64,000 nt of DNA from Guillardia theta CCMP2712 (taxonomy: Eukaryota; Protista; Cryptophyta): positions 750,533 to 814,532 of the forward strand of contig NW_005434668.1 in NCBI RefSeq assembly GCF_000315625.1, given 5' to 3'. The notes beneath the pieces are model-generated. The model was not told where the DNA came from, ran no database searches, and saw nothing but the letters and a program-made list of their open reading frames with translations. The position numbers were made by a program, and so were the translations under genes. Of the stretch, positions 1 through 10,652 are shown one piece after another. How positions within the stretch are numbered: position 1 is the stretch's first letter; the number at the start of each line of letters is the position of its first letter.

Positions 1-1463
1 TCAGACGGAAATCGTTGATAATGAGTGGCAGGAGCTCATCAAGGAAGATTCAATGCTCGACAACTTCATCCAAGAATGGGAAAAGCGTCTGAAATCAGTT
101 GCTTTAGCATCCTTCTAGAACTTCATTGCTGAGATTTAAACAGGTTCCAAGAGGAACTCCCGCCGCTTTCATGATTCAGGGGCAGATCGACACCTACCTC
201 AAGCGGAAAGACATCGTTGCCATGGAGAAGCGCATGTACGTGCCATGGTACTTGCAGGTCTGCGAAGAGATAAAAATAAAGGGTAGCTGAGCTGCTGGAC
301 CAGGAGAAGAAAGACCCGAAGCATATCTTCGAGGAAGAGATCGTAAAAGGCGAGATTGACTTCAAGCATCACCCCGAGCCCCGGAAGGTTGTGTGGATAG
401 AAGAGAAGCAGTTCGCCAAGGACGGCATCATCTGCGTCGGACGAGGGTCTGTCGGCACTCTCGCATCTCCTTCTTAAAGTTCTCTCAGGCCAGTCGGACC
501 TCCACTAGCCTTGCGGAAGAAAGTTGTACAGACAGAAGGGGAGAACGTGAGTCCTGCTGTTGTGAAAGAGCAAGCTTGTTGAGACACTGGCAGGAACACC
601 CGGACATTGAGCTTCCCGAAGAAAGTTGTGATATCCTGTTTGAAAAATCGATTGTGGTCCGAACAGACTTTATTGAAGAAAGTGACAACGTTGCGGGACG
701 ATACTTATCCAGGTCAGTGGAGTGAGAAAGAGACGCGAGCTCTAAAAGAGGTTGTAATCGCAGGAAGGATTTCGAGGCGAACAACAAAGACACCCTCACA
801 GCACTTAATCACCAGGAGTTCAAACGAATATGGGGACAGGATGAGCGGCACGATGTGAGAGGAACGCAAGAAATCTGCAGCGCGAAACTTCGTCATCGCC
901 CTGACTTTCGTTGGTGCTGCTCCTGGGTGGACAGGAATAACTTTGCCAAGTACAAGCTGCCCAACTCGTTCCTGCTCGGACCTCCTAAGAAACCCTTCGT
1001 GCACGTGAACGCTCCTGCCTTGCACAACGACGACAAGCCGGGCAGCATCAATGGGCCCGACGGTCAGCCTCGACGATTTGCAAGAATACACAAGTGGATC
1101 AAGAAGTTGGGCGAGTACGTGGAGGAGGGAGAGCTTCTGCTGGAGCTTGAGATCTACAACCATCGACTGATAGGGAAGATGAACGAGACTGGAAGATACT
1201 TGCCCGGCACTCGTTACTTCGATGATGGCGACTACAGAGACCATGAGGATCAACTGCCCAACAATTTTGTCAAGAACGACAAGGGGGAGATAGTGCAGCA
1301 AGTCAGAAGCACAGGGGAAGGCCTCTTAACGGGTCTAGTGCGCGAACCAGGCAGCAAGGTCTTGAGCTTTGACAACCTTGCCTACCTGGATCAAGGTGAC
1401 GAGAATTGGAAACAAGTGCTGCTGCCCATCGACGAGTGGCCAATTGAATTCTTTTCGGCATAG
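1..1463 (+). CDS. 5'-truncated multi-exon hypothetical protein with C-terminal biotin/lipoyl-attachment-like domain
   Basis: Exon pieces TEIVDNEWQELIKEDSMLDNFIQEWEK, VAELLDQEKKDPKHIFEEEIVKGEIDFKHH and EHPDIELPEESCDILFEK are separated by short introns. The last exon (ORF 855-1463) contains RIHKWIKKLGEYVEEGELLLELE...QVRSTGEGLLTGLVREPGSKV...LAYL, resembling lipoyl domains. Confidence 0.6.
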
Positions 1464-1562
1464 CAATTTTACTTCCATGGAAAAGAATTCGAAAAGAAAC
1501 AAAGAAAGCAGAGTGGTCCCTTCACCCTTACAATACAACAAGATCTAAACATGACAGAAGAG

Positions 1563-3301
1563 TTAATCTATGATGTGCCTCGCACCGTCGAAGGAGGCCT
1601 TTCGTTGCCTTCCAGTCAGCTGCACGTTGATCCCTGCCCCCGTTGTAGATCTGAGAATGTCCGTGGCAGGGTTGTAGGTGCGAAGCCCAGGGACAGGAGG
1701 GCCGTTCTTGGGCTGCGAAAGCCTCTCCCAGAACGGAGATCGCAGCGTCCGTGTGAGCTTGAGAGGCTGCGGGTCTACAGGTACAGCAGGGGGGAGCATG
1801 AAGCGCCTGGGGCTCTGCTCCTTGTCGACCTGATCGGTTTCCCTGTCGTTGACCTGCTGCTTCGCCTCGCGCTTGTGAGCTGGGGTGAAGGACCTGATAG
1901 GCGACGGCGGGGATAGATAGCCAATGCTCGAGATCCTCGACCGTCGCACGAGTCGGTGATGGTGCAGATCTATAGAGTCCGTGTCTCTCGTCTCCATAAT
2001 CGGAGGAGGCGACGTGTTGTCTCGCAGTAGCGGCGACAGAGGTGCCCCAGCGTCCCTTTCAAACTTGGAGAGGATGTTCCGACTGCTCAGAAGGAAGGTC
2101 GATCGCCTCCGCCTTGGGGAGTCGGCTTTGCCCACAACTTCGGGATGCGTGCTGCTGCCGGACAAATTCTCCGTTGGGTCGCTAGTTCGTGAAATCCCCG
2201 AGTTCTCTTCCTCCTTGGGAGAGACGGACCCTTCAGTCACACTCTGAATGAGCAAGCTTCTTGGAATGGAGGAGAAAGAACTGTCGCGGTCTATCCCCAT
2301 CCCCAAGTACCAACTGTGGTTCTGCAGCTGCGACAGAGTGATCCTGTGCTGCGGATTCTTGTGCAGCAGGCGCTGCAGCAGATCACGAAGAGACTTTGAG
2401 ATCCACTTGGGATACTGCACTGGTCTTTCCAGGATAGCATTCTTGATATCCTCTGAACGAGGCCTGGGGACTTTGTTGGCTATGGAGAAAGGGTAGCTGC
2501 CTCCCACCATCACATACAGCAGAACACCACAACTCCACACATCTGCAGGAAACCCGAGGTAACCCTTTGCCCCCGAGCTCAGAATTTCCGGGGCAGTGTA
2601 GTTGAGAGTTCCAGCCTGCGTCTTGAGCAGAGCATCGGCGTCGTCCAGCATGATGGAGAGCCCGAAGTCACAGAGCCGGAGGTTCCCCTGCGTGTCTATC
2701 AACACATTCTCAAGCTTGATGTCTGGTGAACATCATGTCAGCATTGGAAATGATCGAACAATCATGTGAACCTCGATGAACTACTAGCTTCTTGTGCGCG
2801 TGCTCTACAGCAGCAATGATTTGCCGAAAATAGCTTCTTGCGAGGTCCTCGCTCAAGATTTTGACATCAGGAGTCACGACCTCGTCTTCAGCAGGGTCCA
2901 ACTCGTCCTCAGGAGGCTTTGTGCCTTCCTTCAGAATGATATCATGCAAATTCCCTGTACAAAGATCCATGATGACGTAGAAGAAGTGGTCGTTCTGCAG
3001 AATCTCGTGGAGATGGATGATGTTCTTGTGGCTGATGAACCATGAGTCAGTCAAGGCCCTCGTTCGAACATCAGTACCTTAGCGAATTGAGAATCGCAAA
3101 CTCTCTCGTGTATCTCATGACATCTTGGATGTCACCGATCCTACTCTTGTCGATGATCTTGATCGCCACCATTGTACCACAACACTTCCTTGTGGCTTTC
3201 TTGACCTTTCCAAAACTCCCTTGCCCTATGGTCTCATGTAGGATGTAGCCCTTTGCAAGAATCTCATGCTTATGAGGATGAGGATGATCCTCTTCCAACA
3301 T
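1563..3301 (-). CDS. Ser/Thr protein kinase, CAMK group (SNF1/AMPK/CIPK-like)
   Basis: Exons 3301-3078, 3031-2772 and 2722-1563, with 46- and 49-nt GT-AG introns. Motifs GQGSFGKV, VAIK, HR|DIKLEN, DFGLS, GTLNYTAPE, DVWSCGV. Long Ser/Arg/Pro-rich C-terminal tail. Confidence 0.93.
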
Positions 3302-3889
3302 GGTTCAACAAAGGCCCCAAGTGCTGATGCACAGGATTCGTGTGCGGTTATGTAGCAAACGCACGCAGGGATTTCAAAGAATCACGCATGATCTTGGGCT
3401 CCCGTTGAGTCTAGGGATCAGATCGGAGATGTTTTTGTCTGGTGAGACAACCGTCCCAGAGGCATGCCTTGTTTTCCCGGTGAAAGGTCAGCCTCTCACC
3501 CCAGAAATCCCCCAAAAATCCCCACGTCTCAAAGTGTTCCCAAATTTTCTGTCAAGACCTTTCTATAGTCGAGTGACTGCCGTTCTATTGTTTCTCGCCC
3601 AGGCTTTCAAGCTCAAGGCGTTTCCTTCCAAAGCATCACACCCGCGACAATCTTCCCCCGCCTCCCTCCTTTCGCCTTCTTGCGACTGCCGGCGCTTGCA
3701 CCACAAGCCTTTCGTCTTGATCTCGATCTCTTTCTGTTGGCCTCAGTGTGCTTGGCTATCCATCTCCTGCTACTCGCGTACTCGTCTGTACATATACTGA
3801 TCTTGGTGTTAACCTGACTTTTCTCTCTTCCTTGACTCTCCCCTTCCTCTCCTCGCTCTCACCGCCTCCTCCCTGCCATAAGCCCAATG

Positions 3890-4630
3890 CCCGACCAACA
3901 CATAGTACCCCTACCATCTCATGCTCACTACCCTGCGTGTACCACCCGACAAGCTTAGTCAACCTCTGACCCTACCCCTCTTGGCAAGGCTTGTACAAAC
4001 AGGACCACCTCTACCTTTAACCCACCCCCAATTTTTAGCCTAGACGGAGTGAAAAACTACCCGTGTTTGGTCTCATTACGTACCCTATAAAACCATGTAA
4101 TTGATACCCCACATTGTTTTAGCTGCTGACCCTGGCAGAAATAACCCCTACCCCCTTGCCGATGCAGACCCCCTGCATGTACTTGCATGGATTTGAACCC
4201 CTACCTCCTGCGTTGATGGATCAGCCACCTATCGGTACAAGGTATACTACCCCTTCGAATGCACCCCCTTCATTGTATCTACCCTCATTTCAAAAACACT
4301 ACCCCACTATCTGTGTTCATTCATTGGGAAACTACCCCGTGATATCCAATCGCTGTGAGGTCCCCCACCCACACTGATGATTCCGTACCCCACCTCCTCC
4401 GACCGTCAAAGCTGCTCCACCCCACGTCGTCCTTTCTCCACAACAAACGATATGACTACCCCATGATCATCTCCCACCCACCTTTTGGTGATAGTACCCC
4501 CATTTTCCCTGGAATATAACCCATCAAAACAATTTTTAACCCACCCCTACCCCGTCAAAGCCATGAGATGCACCTGAAGACTCTCTATTGAACCCCACCA
4601 TTACTCCCTCCATCGAAGAGGGGTCATTAG
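3890..4630. repeat. ACCCC/TACCCC-enriched low-complexity intergenic block
   Basis: Dense dispersed (T)ACCC(C) words on the + strand, no credible ORF; lies upstream of the kinase gene. Confidence 0.55.
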
Positions 4631-4669
4631 CGTTGCCGTTGCATTGCGTTACCAACCGAAACCTGTTGG

Positions 4670-4810
4670 CACCGCCGGGGGACCGGGCAGTGGCGGCCCG
4701 GCCGGCGGCACTGAGTCACTGTCAGTGTGCTGGCGAGGCGGCCCGGCCAGGATCGGACCGCCGGAGCCTTGGAGTGACTCGGACTCAAGCCTCGGTCGCC
4801 TCACTATCAC
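4670..4810. other. GC-rich CCGG/GGCC island
   Basis: ccgccgggggaccgggcagtggcggcccggccggcggcactgagtcactg...; same word usage as 23480-23850 and 47900-48290. Confidence 0.5.
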
Positions 4811-5012
4811 CGTGAGCGGTACAGCACTTCAATGTGCTGCAGTGCAGGTCAGTCAGCCAAGTTTCCCGGCACCCACGTTTGGCAGGCTACCGTACAAGAC
4901 AATCATTTGTCAAGTATTGAATAAGTTCATTCCGATAAGGAGTTTATCACGAGTCACGTATTGTACAAATGATTGATCAATGATTTGCCAGTTGTTTGGC
5001 AACAAGCGGCTA

Positions 5013-7015
5013 CTACACACTCATCCTGGGACGCTTCTCTTGCCCCTTATGCGCATGGTTGCCTTCGAACGAGTCCTGTCTTGGCCTTCTCGAGTCTCGA
5101 GCATGGAATTTACCATTTCTGGACCTCGAGGTGGCGATTTGCCATAATCCTTTCCCGTTGCTACCATGAACCGGGTCATGGGGAACGTCCGTAACCACTT
5201 CCATCTGTCCCATGATCGATCCGTTATCCTGACTTGTTGCCATCTTGTTGTCTCCGCTATCGTCGAGGCTAAGAGAGTGAAACAATTGACCGCCCATGAC
5301 ATGAATCTTGTTCATCAGTCCTTCCATCTTAAGCGTCTCTATCATAACATCGATGGGTCTGTTGACAAGTTTCAGATTGTCAAAAACCAAGGCGAATGCA
5401 TTAAACCTGCAAGAAACTCCCAGATCCTTGAGTCTTGGAGTCAATCCCGTGCTGCTCTTCCCTTGTGGAGAGTTAGATGGGCTTCCTGATTTCATCACTA
5501 TCTGCTGTGCTGTACGAAGGAAAACAAATCTGCGAAGCGTCGTCATTGATAGGCTGTGCATCTTGGCAGGCACGAACCCTGTTATATAGGCATCGTAACC
5601 TGCCTCATGGAGCTGCGTGTTGTTTTTGTACTTGTCACACCCGTCTTGTAAGCCAATGATCGGTCGCTTGAAGGGATCATGCATCACTGTTCTAAAGACA
5701 GCATCTAGACGGGTGCCTCCTGAAAAGCTCAAGCCCTGAAGAAGGGTCATGTCAGACACATGGATGGAATATCAATTTCAAGACAGATATCTTACAAAAG
5801 CCGGATGGTCTGACGAAGTCAGGCACTTCGTGTCAACAATTAAAGGGAATCGTTCGTGCAAATTCCTTTTGAATTCTTCGTAGGTAGTAGGTAAATCACG
5901 GCAAAAATGTGCTTCAATTTGAGCCATGTCGAGCAACATATTGTGTCCAACAATGAGCTGTTATCAATATTTGACACATGCACTCTTTGGAGAAGTGAAT
6001 TACCTTTTTCGATGCAGAGATGTGGTCAATCACATGTCTGAATCCAACGGCGGCCTGAATTTGCTTTTCCTCGACCTTTTGAGCCAAACTTGAAATGGAC
6101 TCCATGATCTTGGCCTTTGTAGTGCCCAAACTTGAAGTTCTCTCATTCTTGTGCAACTTGATGGAAACTTCTCGTTCCACCTTGTACAGTCACGTCACAA
6201 TGCCGCGCAGAGCAATATACTCAAGCTCACTGTTATGTTCTCCTTCTTAAAGCAGTCATCAAAGGTTTCCGAAAGGTCCCGATGTATCAGCATTCGGCGG
6301 TAACTGTCACATTGTGGAAGCATCAAAATACTCCGAGTCTCATCAGCTAGAAACTCTGCTATGGTGGCCCGAATGGTTGCTACGAACTCTGTCTCCTTAC
6401 TAGAGATGCCTCTGCGCACGAATTCCTCCTGCAATGAAGTTTCAGACAAGATTTGTAGCTTCGCAGAGCTGACCTCTTGCTTATTCAAGTAGGAGATTCC
6501 GGATTTGATCAGTTTGTTGAAATCCATGCAGTTCGACGAGAGAAACGACATACACTTTGCCTGGCAAAGAAACCTTCGATCAAGGCCCTTGAATTCCCGA
6601 GGGAAGGTGTAGAAGTTGTAAGGAGTCGCAATGAAGCTTCGCTTCTGTGCATTCCATGTGAACACGCATATGCCAACCTGTACGGATGTTGATGTTTGTA
6701 GCCACGAAAAGAGAAATAAAACCTGCACTACCAAAAATGTTGTAGAGGCCTTGATCTTTTCGTATCTTGACTGCAGCTCTTCTTCTGCTGTCATGCCAGC
6801 ATACTTGGTCATTCCAGCGCCAACTGATTGAAGGGTTCCAACTACCGTGCACATTTAGTCAGACGGCCCGTGGGATGGACACAGGCCTTACCTGCAGTTG
6901 CTGGTGCTTCATCAAGGCCAGTGAACTCGCAATCGATTGCAAGGAAATCACACTCATCGATCAACGGCTTGATTTCTCTCAGCACCTCCTCAAAGTTTTC
7001 TGTTGTGACGTCCAT
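5013..7015 (-). CDS. PARN: Poly(A)-specific ribonuclease PARN-like (CAF1/DEDD family) with R3H insertion
   Basis: Start MDVTTENFEEVLREIKPLIDECDFLAIDCEFTGL (ExoI DxE). Also YNFYTFP, MDFNKLIKSGISY, R3H-like LPQCDSYRRMLIH, VGFRHVIDHISASKK, DTK and QLHEAGYDAYITG (ExoIII). Several short introns. Confidence 0.9.
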
Positions 7016-7379
7016 CGAGTTGCTTGTGAAAAATGAAATCCCCTCTAGTCCTGTCGATGATCAAGCCTCCTATGGCCAAGTATGCTGATCTCTTTTCGGC
7101 TTCTCCACTGACAACTTCGCTTCAATGTCTCTTCTCTGAGCGTCTCTTCTTCACTGTCTCCTCCTCCTCTCCCTGCTCCCTCCATGCCGCAACTTCCCGC
7201 TCTCCTCCCTTCAACATATCAGCACAAACCTCTGCCACAGCCGGATTCCTGAGAGGGTTCTCTTCATCTGATTTTCTACAAATTAGTGAACTCCAGTCTA
7301 TTGATTTCAAGTTGTAAATTGAAGTTTAAGAAATGTCGTTATTTGTCAGTAAATAGTCAAAAATTGTGAAAGGACCGAA

Positions 7380-8040
7380 TTAGAGTTCGGGTCCCGAGCC
7401 CCTACCCCGTTTCTGCCCTACAATACTACCCACCCCTTTGTGCATCGAGCGGCCCCACCTTCGACCCCTGAACTCCACACCCTACCCCTCAAGTTCAACA
7501 TTTCATATTATGACCATGGACTTTTTCACCCCTACCACCATATGTATATCAAAATGACCCACCATTTTATATCCAGATGAGTGAAATGAATTTTCCCACC
7601 CCTCCATAATATTCAAGACCCCTCTATTTTCTAGCTGATCCCACCACCATTCATCCACCCCACACAACGACAGGTACCGGTACTTTTCATAGAAGTTTCT
7701 AGGGGTACCACAAACTGTCATGGTAAAGAGGGTGATGAGGATGAGTATGCGGGTGATGAAGATATCCACCCCTCCTTGTCAGCCTGAAAGTACCCCACCA
7801 AGCATCCTAGGAAAAGAGAGAATTCTAGATACCCCCAACCCCATTTTTAAAAGCCGCACCCCATCACATTTGCAATGTACCCCAGTACTATTTAATGACC
7901 CCTGTGATTGTATATAAAAAAGGACCGGTTATTGTTTAGGAATATAGCGCCTTTCATGTACCCCTACCCCTCCAGATATTTCAACACCCCCGTTGTAGAT
8001 GACCCACCCATCAAATGTTCCAAAATACTCGAAGCTCTCC
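7380..8040. repeat. ACCCC/TACCCC-enriched intergenic block
   Basis: Same dispersed C-run motif, located between the divergent PARN and RING genes. Confidence 0.55.
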
Positions 8041-8605
8041 CTCAATGGCGGGAGAAGGGAGTAGTGCAGGGAGCAGAGAGGAGGAGGAGGAGGTTAAATG
8101 CATGATTCATGCAGAGTAAGTAGAAGTACAAGTGAGGCGTGGATGACAAGTGCTTTATGTCTTCTTCTCTCGGTCAAACACTGCCTGATATCCCATGAAA
8201 AGTAGTTCAATCTTTCTTGAAATATGTCTCCATTCTTCAACTTATAGCCTATGGCTTCAAGTTTTATTTGCGTTTATCCCCCTGTTCGCAACATCTTCAG
8301 CTTGCCCTGACACCCTGCACTTGTCTTTGGATCGTGCCTGCCTGGTTATCCAACGATTTCCTGCACTTTTCTGCTTGCTGTATTCCTTATTCACTTTTCT
8401 GGGTCGCTGTTCCCCTTGAAGGATAGACGATTATGTATCCTGTGATGTTTTCTAGAATTTCATATGCATCGTGTGTTGTGGTTTCCTACCTGCTTGCTTC
8501 GTCCCAATCTACTTGAAAGGGCGACCGGGGTGAAATGGCAGACAGCTTTCGAAGAAAAAACTAACTATCGCTTCATCAGATCTTTCTTCCTCTCAGGAAG
8601 CCAAG

Positions 8606-10053
8606 ATGAGCGACGGAGCAGAAAACGAAGCATGGCATGACTGCAGGCAGGATGCAGACGTCGAGGACGTTCAGTTCAATTTAGAATGTGACGAGTCGAG
8701 CGCTGGCAATGAAGCGCAGGATGCAAGGAGCAACACAGGTGCCTCGAGACAAGATTCATCGAATCCAGTCCAGCATGATCGATATGTGAGATTGAGCTAT
8801 GAACCCCCCACCCTCGTGATTCCCTCTGCAGGACCGGGAGGTTCCAGCAGCAAGCACTGTAGACAACAGGTCGGCCATGGCCTGTTGCAGGCTGATCTTA
8901 AGTTGGATGCAGTTGGACTCAATCCCAGCAGCACGGCAATCCCTTCGCTAACATGCAGACTTTTCAATTCCATGGATTCCCTGGTGAGAGCTTGTCGCTG
9001 CTGCCCTTGCTGGCATGCTCAACGTGTTGCGGCTTCAGGGTTTCATGGTGGGGTTGGAATGATGCAGCATGGAGGAAACTTCACGACAAGCACGGGAGTC
9101 GGAGCACATGGGTCAGTTCTGTTTGCTTTCGCACTGCAGCTGACCGTGTTTGCTGTGAAGGATGATAATCGACATACCGATGGATCAGAGCATCCCTGAC
9201 ATCTCTGTTGGAGTACTAGGTGGGGGGAGGAGGAGGAGGAGGAGGAGGCTGAGTGACAGACTTTCCTGCAGGAGTTCCTGTTTCCGTAAGGATGGACTCG
9301 CTCGGTAGTTTGTACTATCCTCGCTCGATCCTCTTGACTGAGTGTTGTCGTTTGCTCGCTGTAGATCTGTTCGCAGGGGATTCAGAAAATTTCTTCAACA
9401 ACTTCGATCCCCTGCTGCAGGTTGAGCTTTTTGTCTCACAGCTTCATTCGTGCTGACGGCGGTGATAGGCGATGCAGGCAAGCTTCAACCTGTCTCAAGG
9501 ATATAAGCCCAAGGTCTTCATTACCTCCACCCTTTCCACACTCTTGACTAGGTTGTGGGCCAGGCAAGTGCGCGAGCTCTGGAGTTTGTCCCAGCCATCA
9601 GACTCGAGAAGGGCGAGACGATTGAGTGTCCGATCTGTGCCGACGTGCTGAGGTCTAATGGCAGAGGAGCCTGAGGTTGTCTGAGGTTGTCTGCGGTCAG
9701 GGACGGGGATTGGGGGGCTCGCATGCCATGTGGGCATTACTTCTCACTTGAGGAGCTTGCCAAGGTCTCTTGCTGTTGCTCTGCTGCCCCATAAGGACTG
9801 AATGCTGGCCAGTGGCTAGCTGTGAATAACACATGCCCTGTCTGTCGGTTCGAGCTCCCGTCGACCGATGAGGAGTACAACAGGGTGAGCGACCGCGACT
9901 TTGTACAGGACTTCGCTAAGGGCAAGTTGACAGAACAAGAAACTTTCATATGAGGACTTGAGAAATTCTTTTGAGAACATCTGCAAGGTGAGCAGCAGGA
10001 CTGATTCTCTCTAGCACTTGAGTGACGTCGCTGGTAGGCGCCCAATGACATAA
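8606..10053 (+). CDS. C-terminal RING-H2-like protein (putative E3 ligase, degenerate zinc ligands)
   Basis: Spliced 3' exons give ECPICAD...ARMPCGHYFSLEELAK|WLAVNNTCPVCRFELPSTDEEYNR (intron 9765-9812). The 5' exon structure and the exact stop are uncertain. Confidence 0.75.
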
Positions 10054-10652
10054 TGGCGACAAGAATCAATAGTGCGAGACAAGTTTTCCTAGGTAGGAAG
10101 TGATTGTAATCCGGCGGTGGCAGCACTTCTGTAACGATGCAACTACAGACGGAGTTCTGTCTGCAGCTCTGGATGAGGTGCACGCCGATATGGGGGAGGA
10201 GAATGTACATAGATGTGAGTGAAATGATCACACAGGGAGGGAGGTGATAGAAAGTAGCAGGTGAAGACTTGGGGGCCAAGGAGTCGAAGTCTTGTTGTAA
10301 ATGCTTTAACGTAGATTCTGAAGAGATTGAGGTAAGCCTTGATGCTTCGAGTCGGTCGGTCGGGTCGGTGAAAGTCAGCAGGAGGAGCTGCAACAGCTGG
10401 CAGATCATTTCTTATTCGAGCAGGTCTACCATGGACTCCCTTCCCCCTGCAATTACCTTACCCTGCCCCTCGCCCCTTGCCATAAGAATATACTCACTTG
10501 TTGTGGACCAGGTGCAGCAGCGGCAAAGGATGGAAGTTATGTTAGACTTAGACTAGAGTTGGTAGAGAAACCACGACAACAACAACTTCTGCTTTCATTC
10601 TTGATAGTCTAAACACTGCAAATTCTCACGCTGGCAATCAGCTGCCAACATG

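Noticed and set aside
3890-8040. Interstitial telomeric repeats as the explanation for the C-rich blocks
   Set aside because: No tandem CCCTAA or CCCTAAA arrays; the words are dispersed ACCCC/TACCC.
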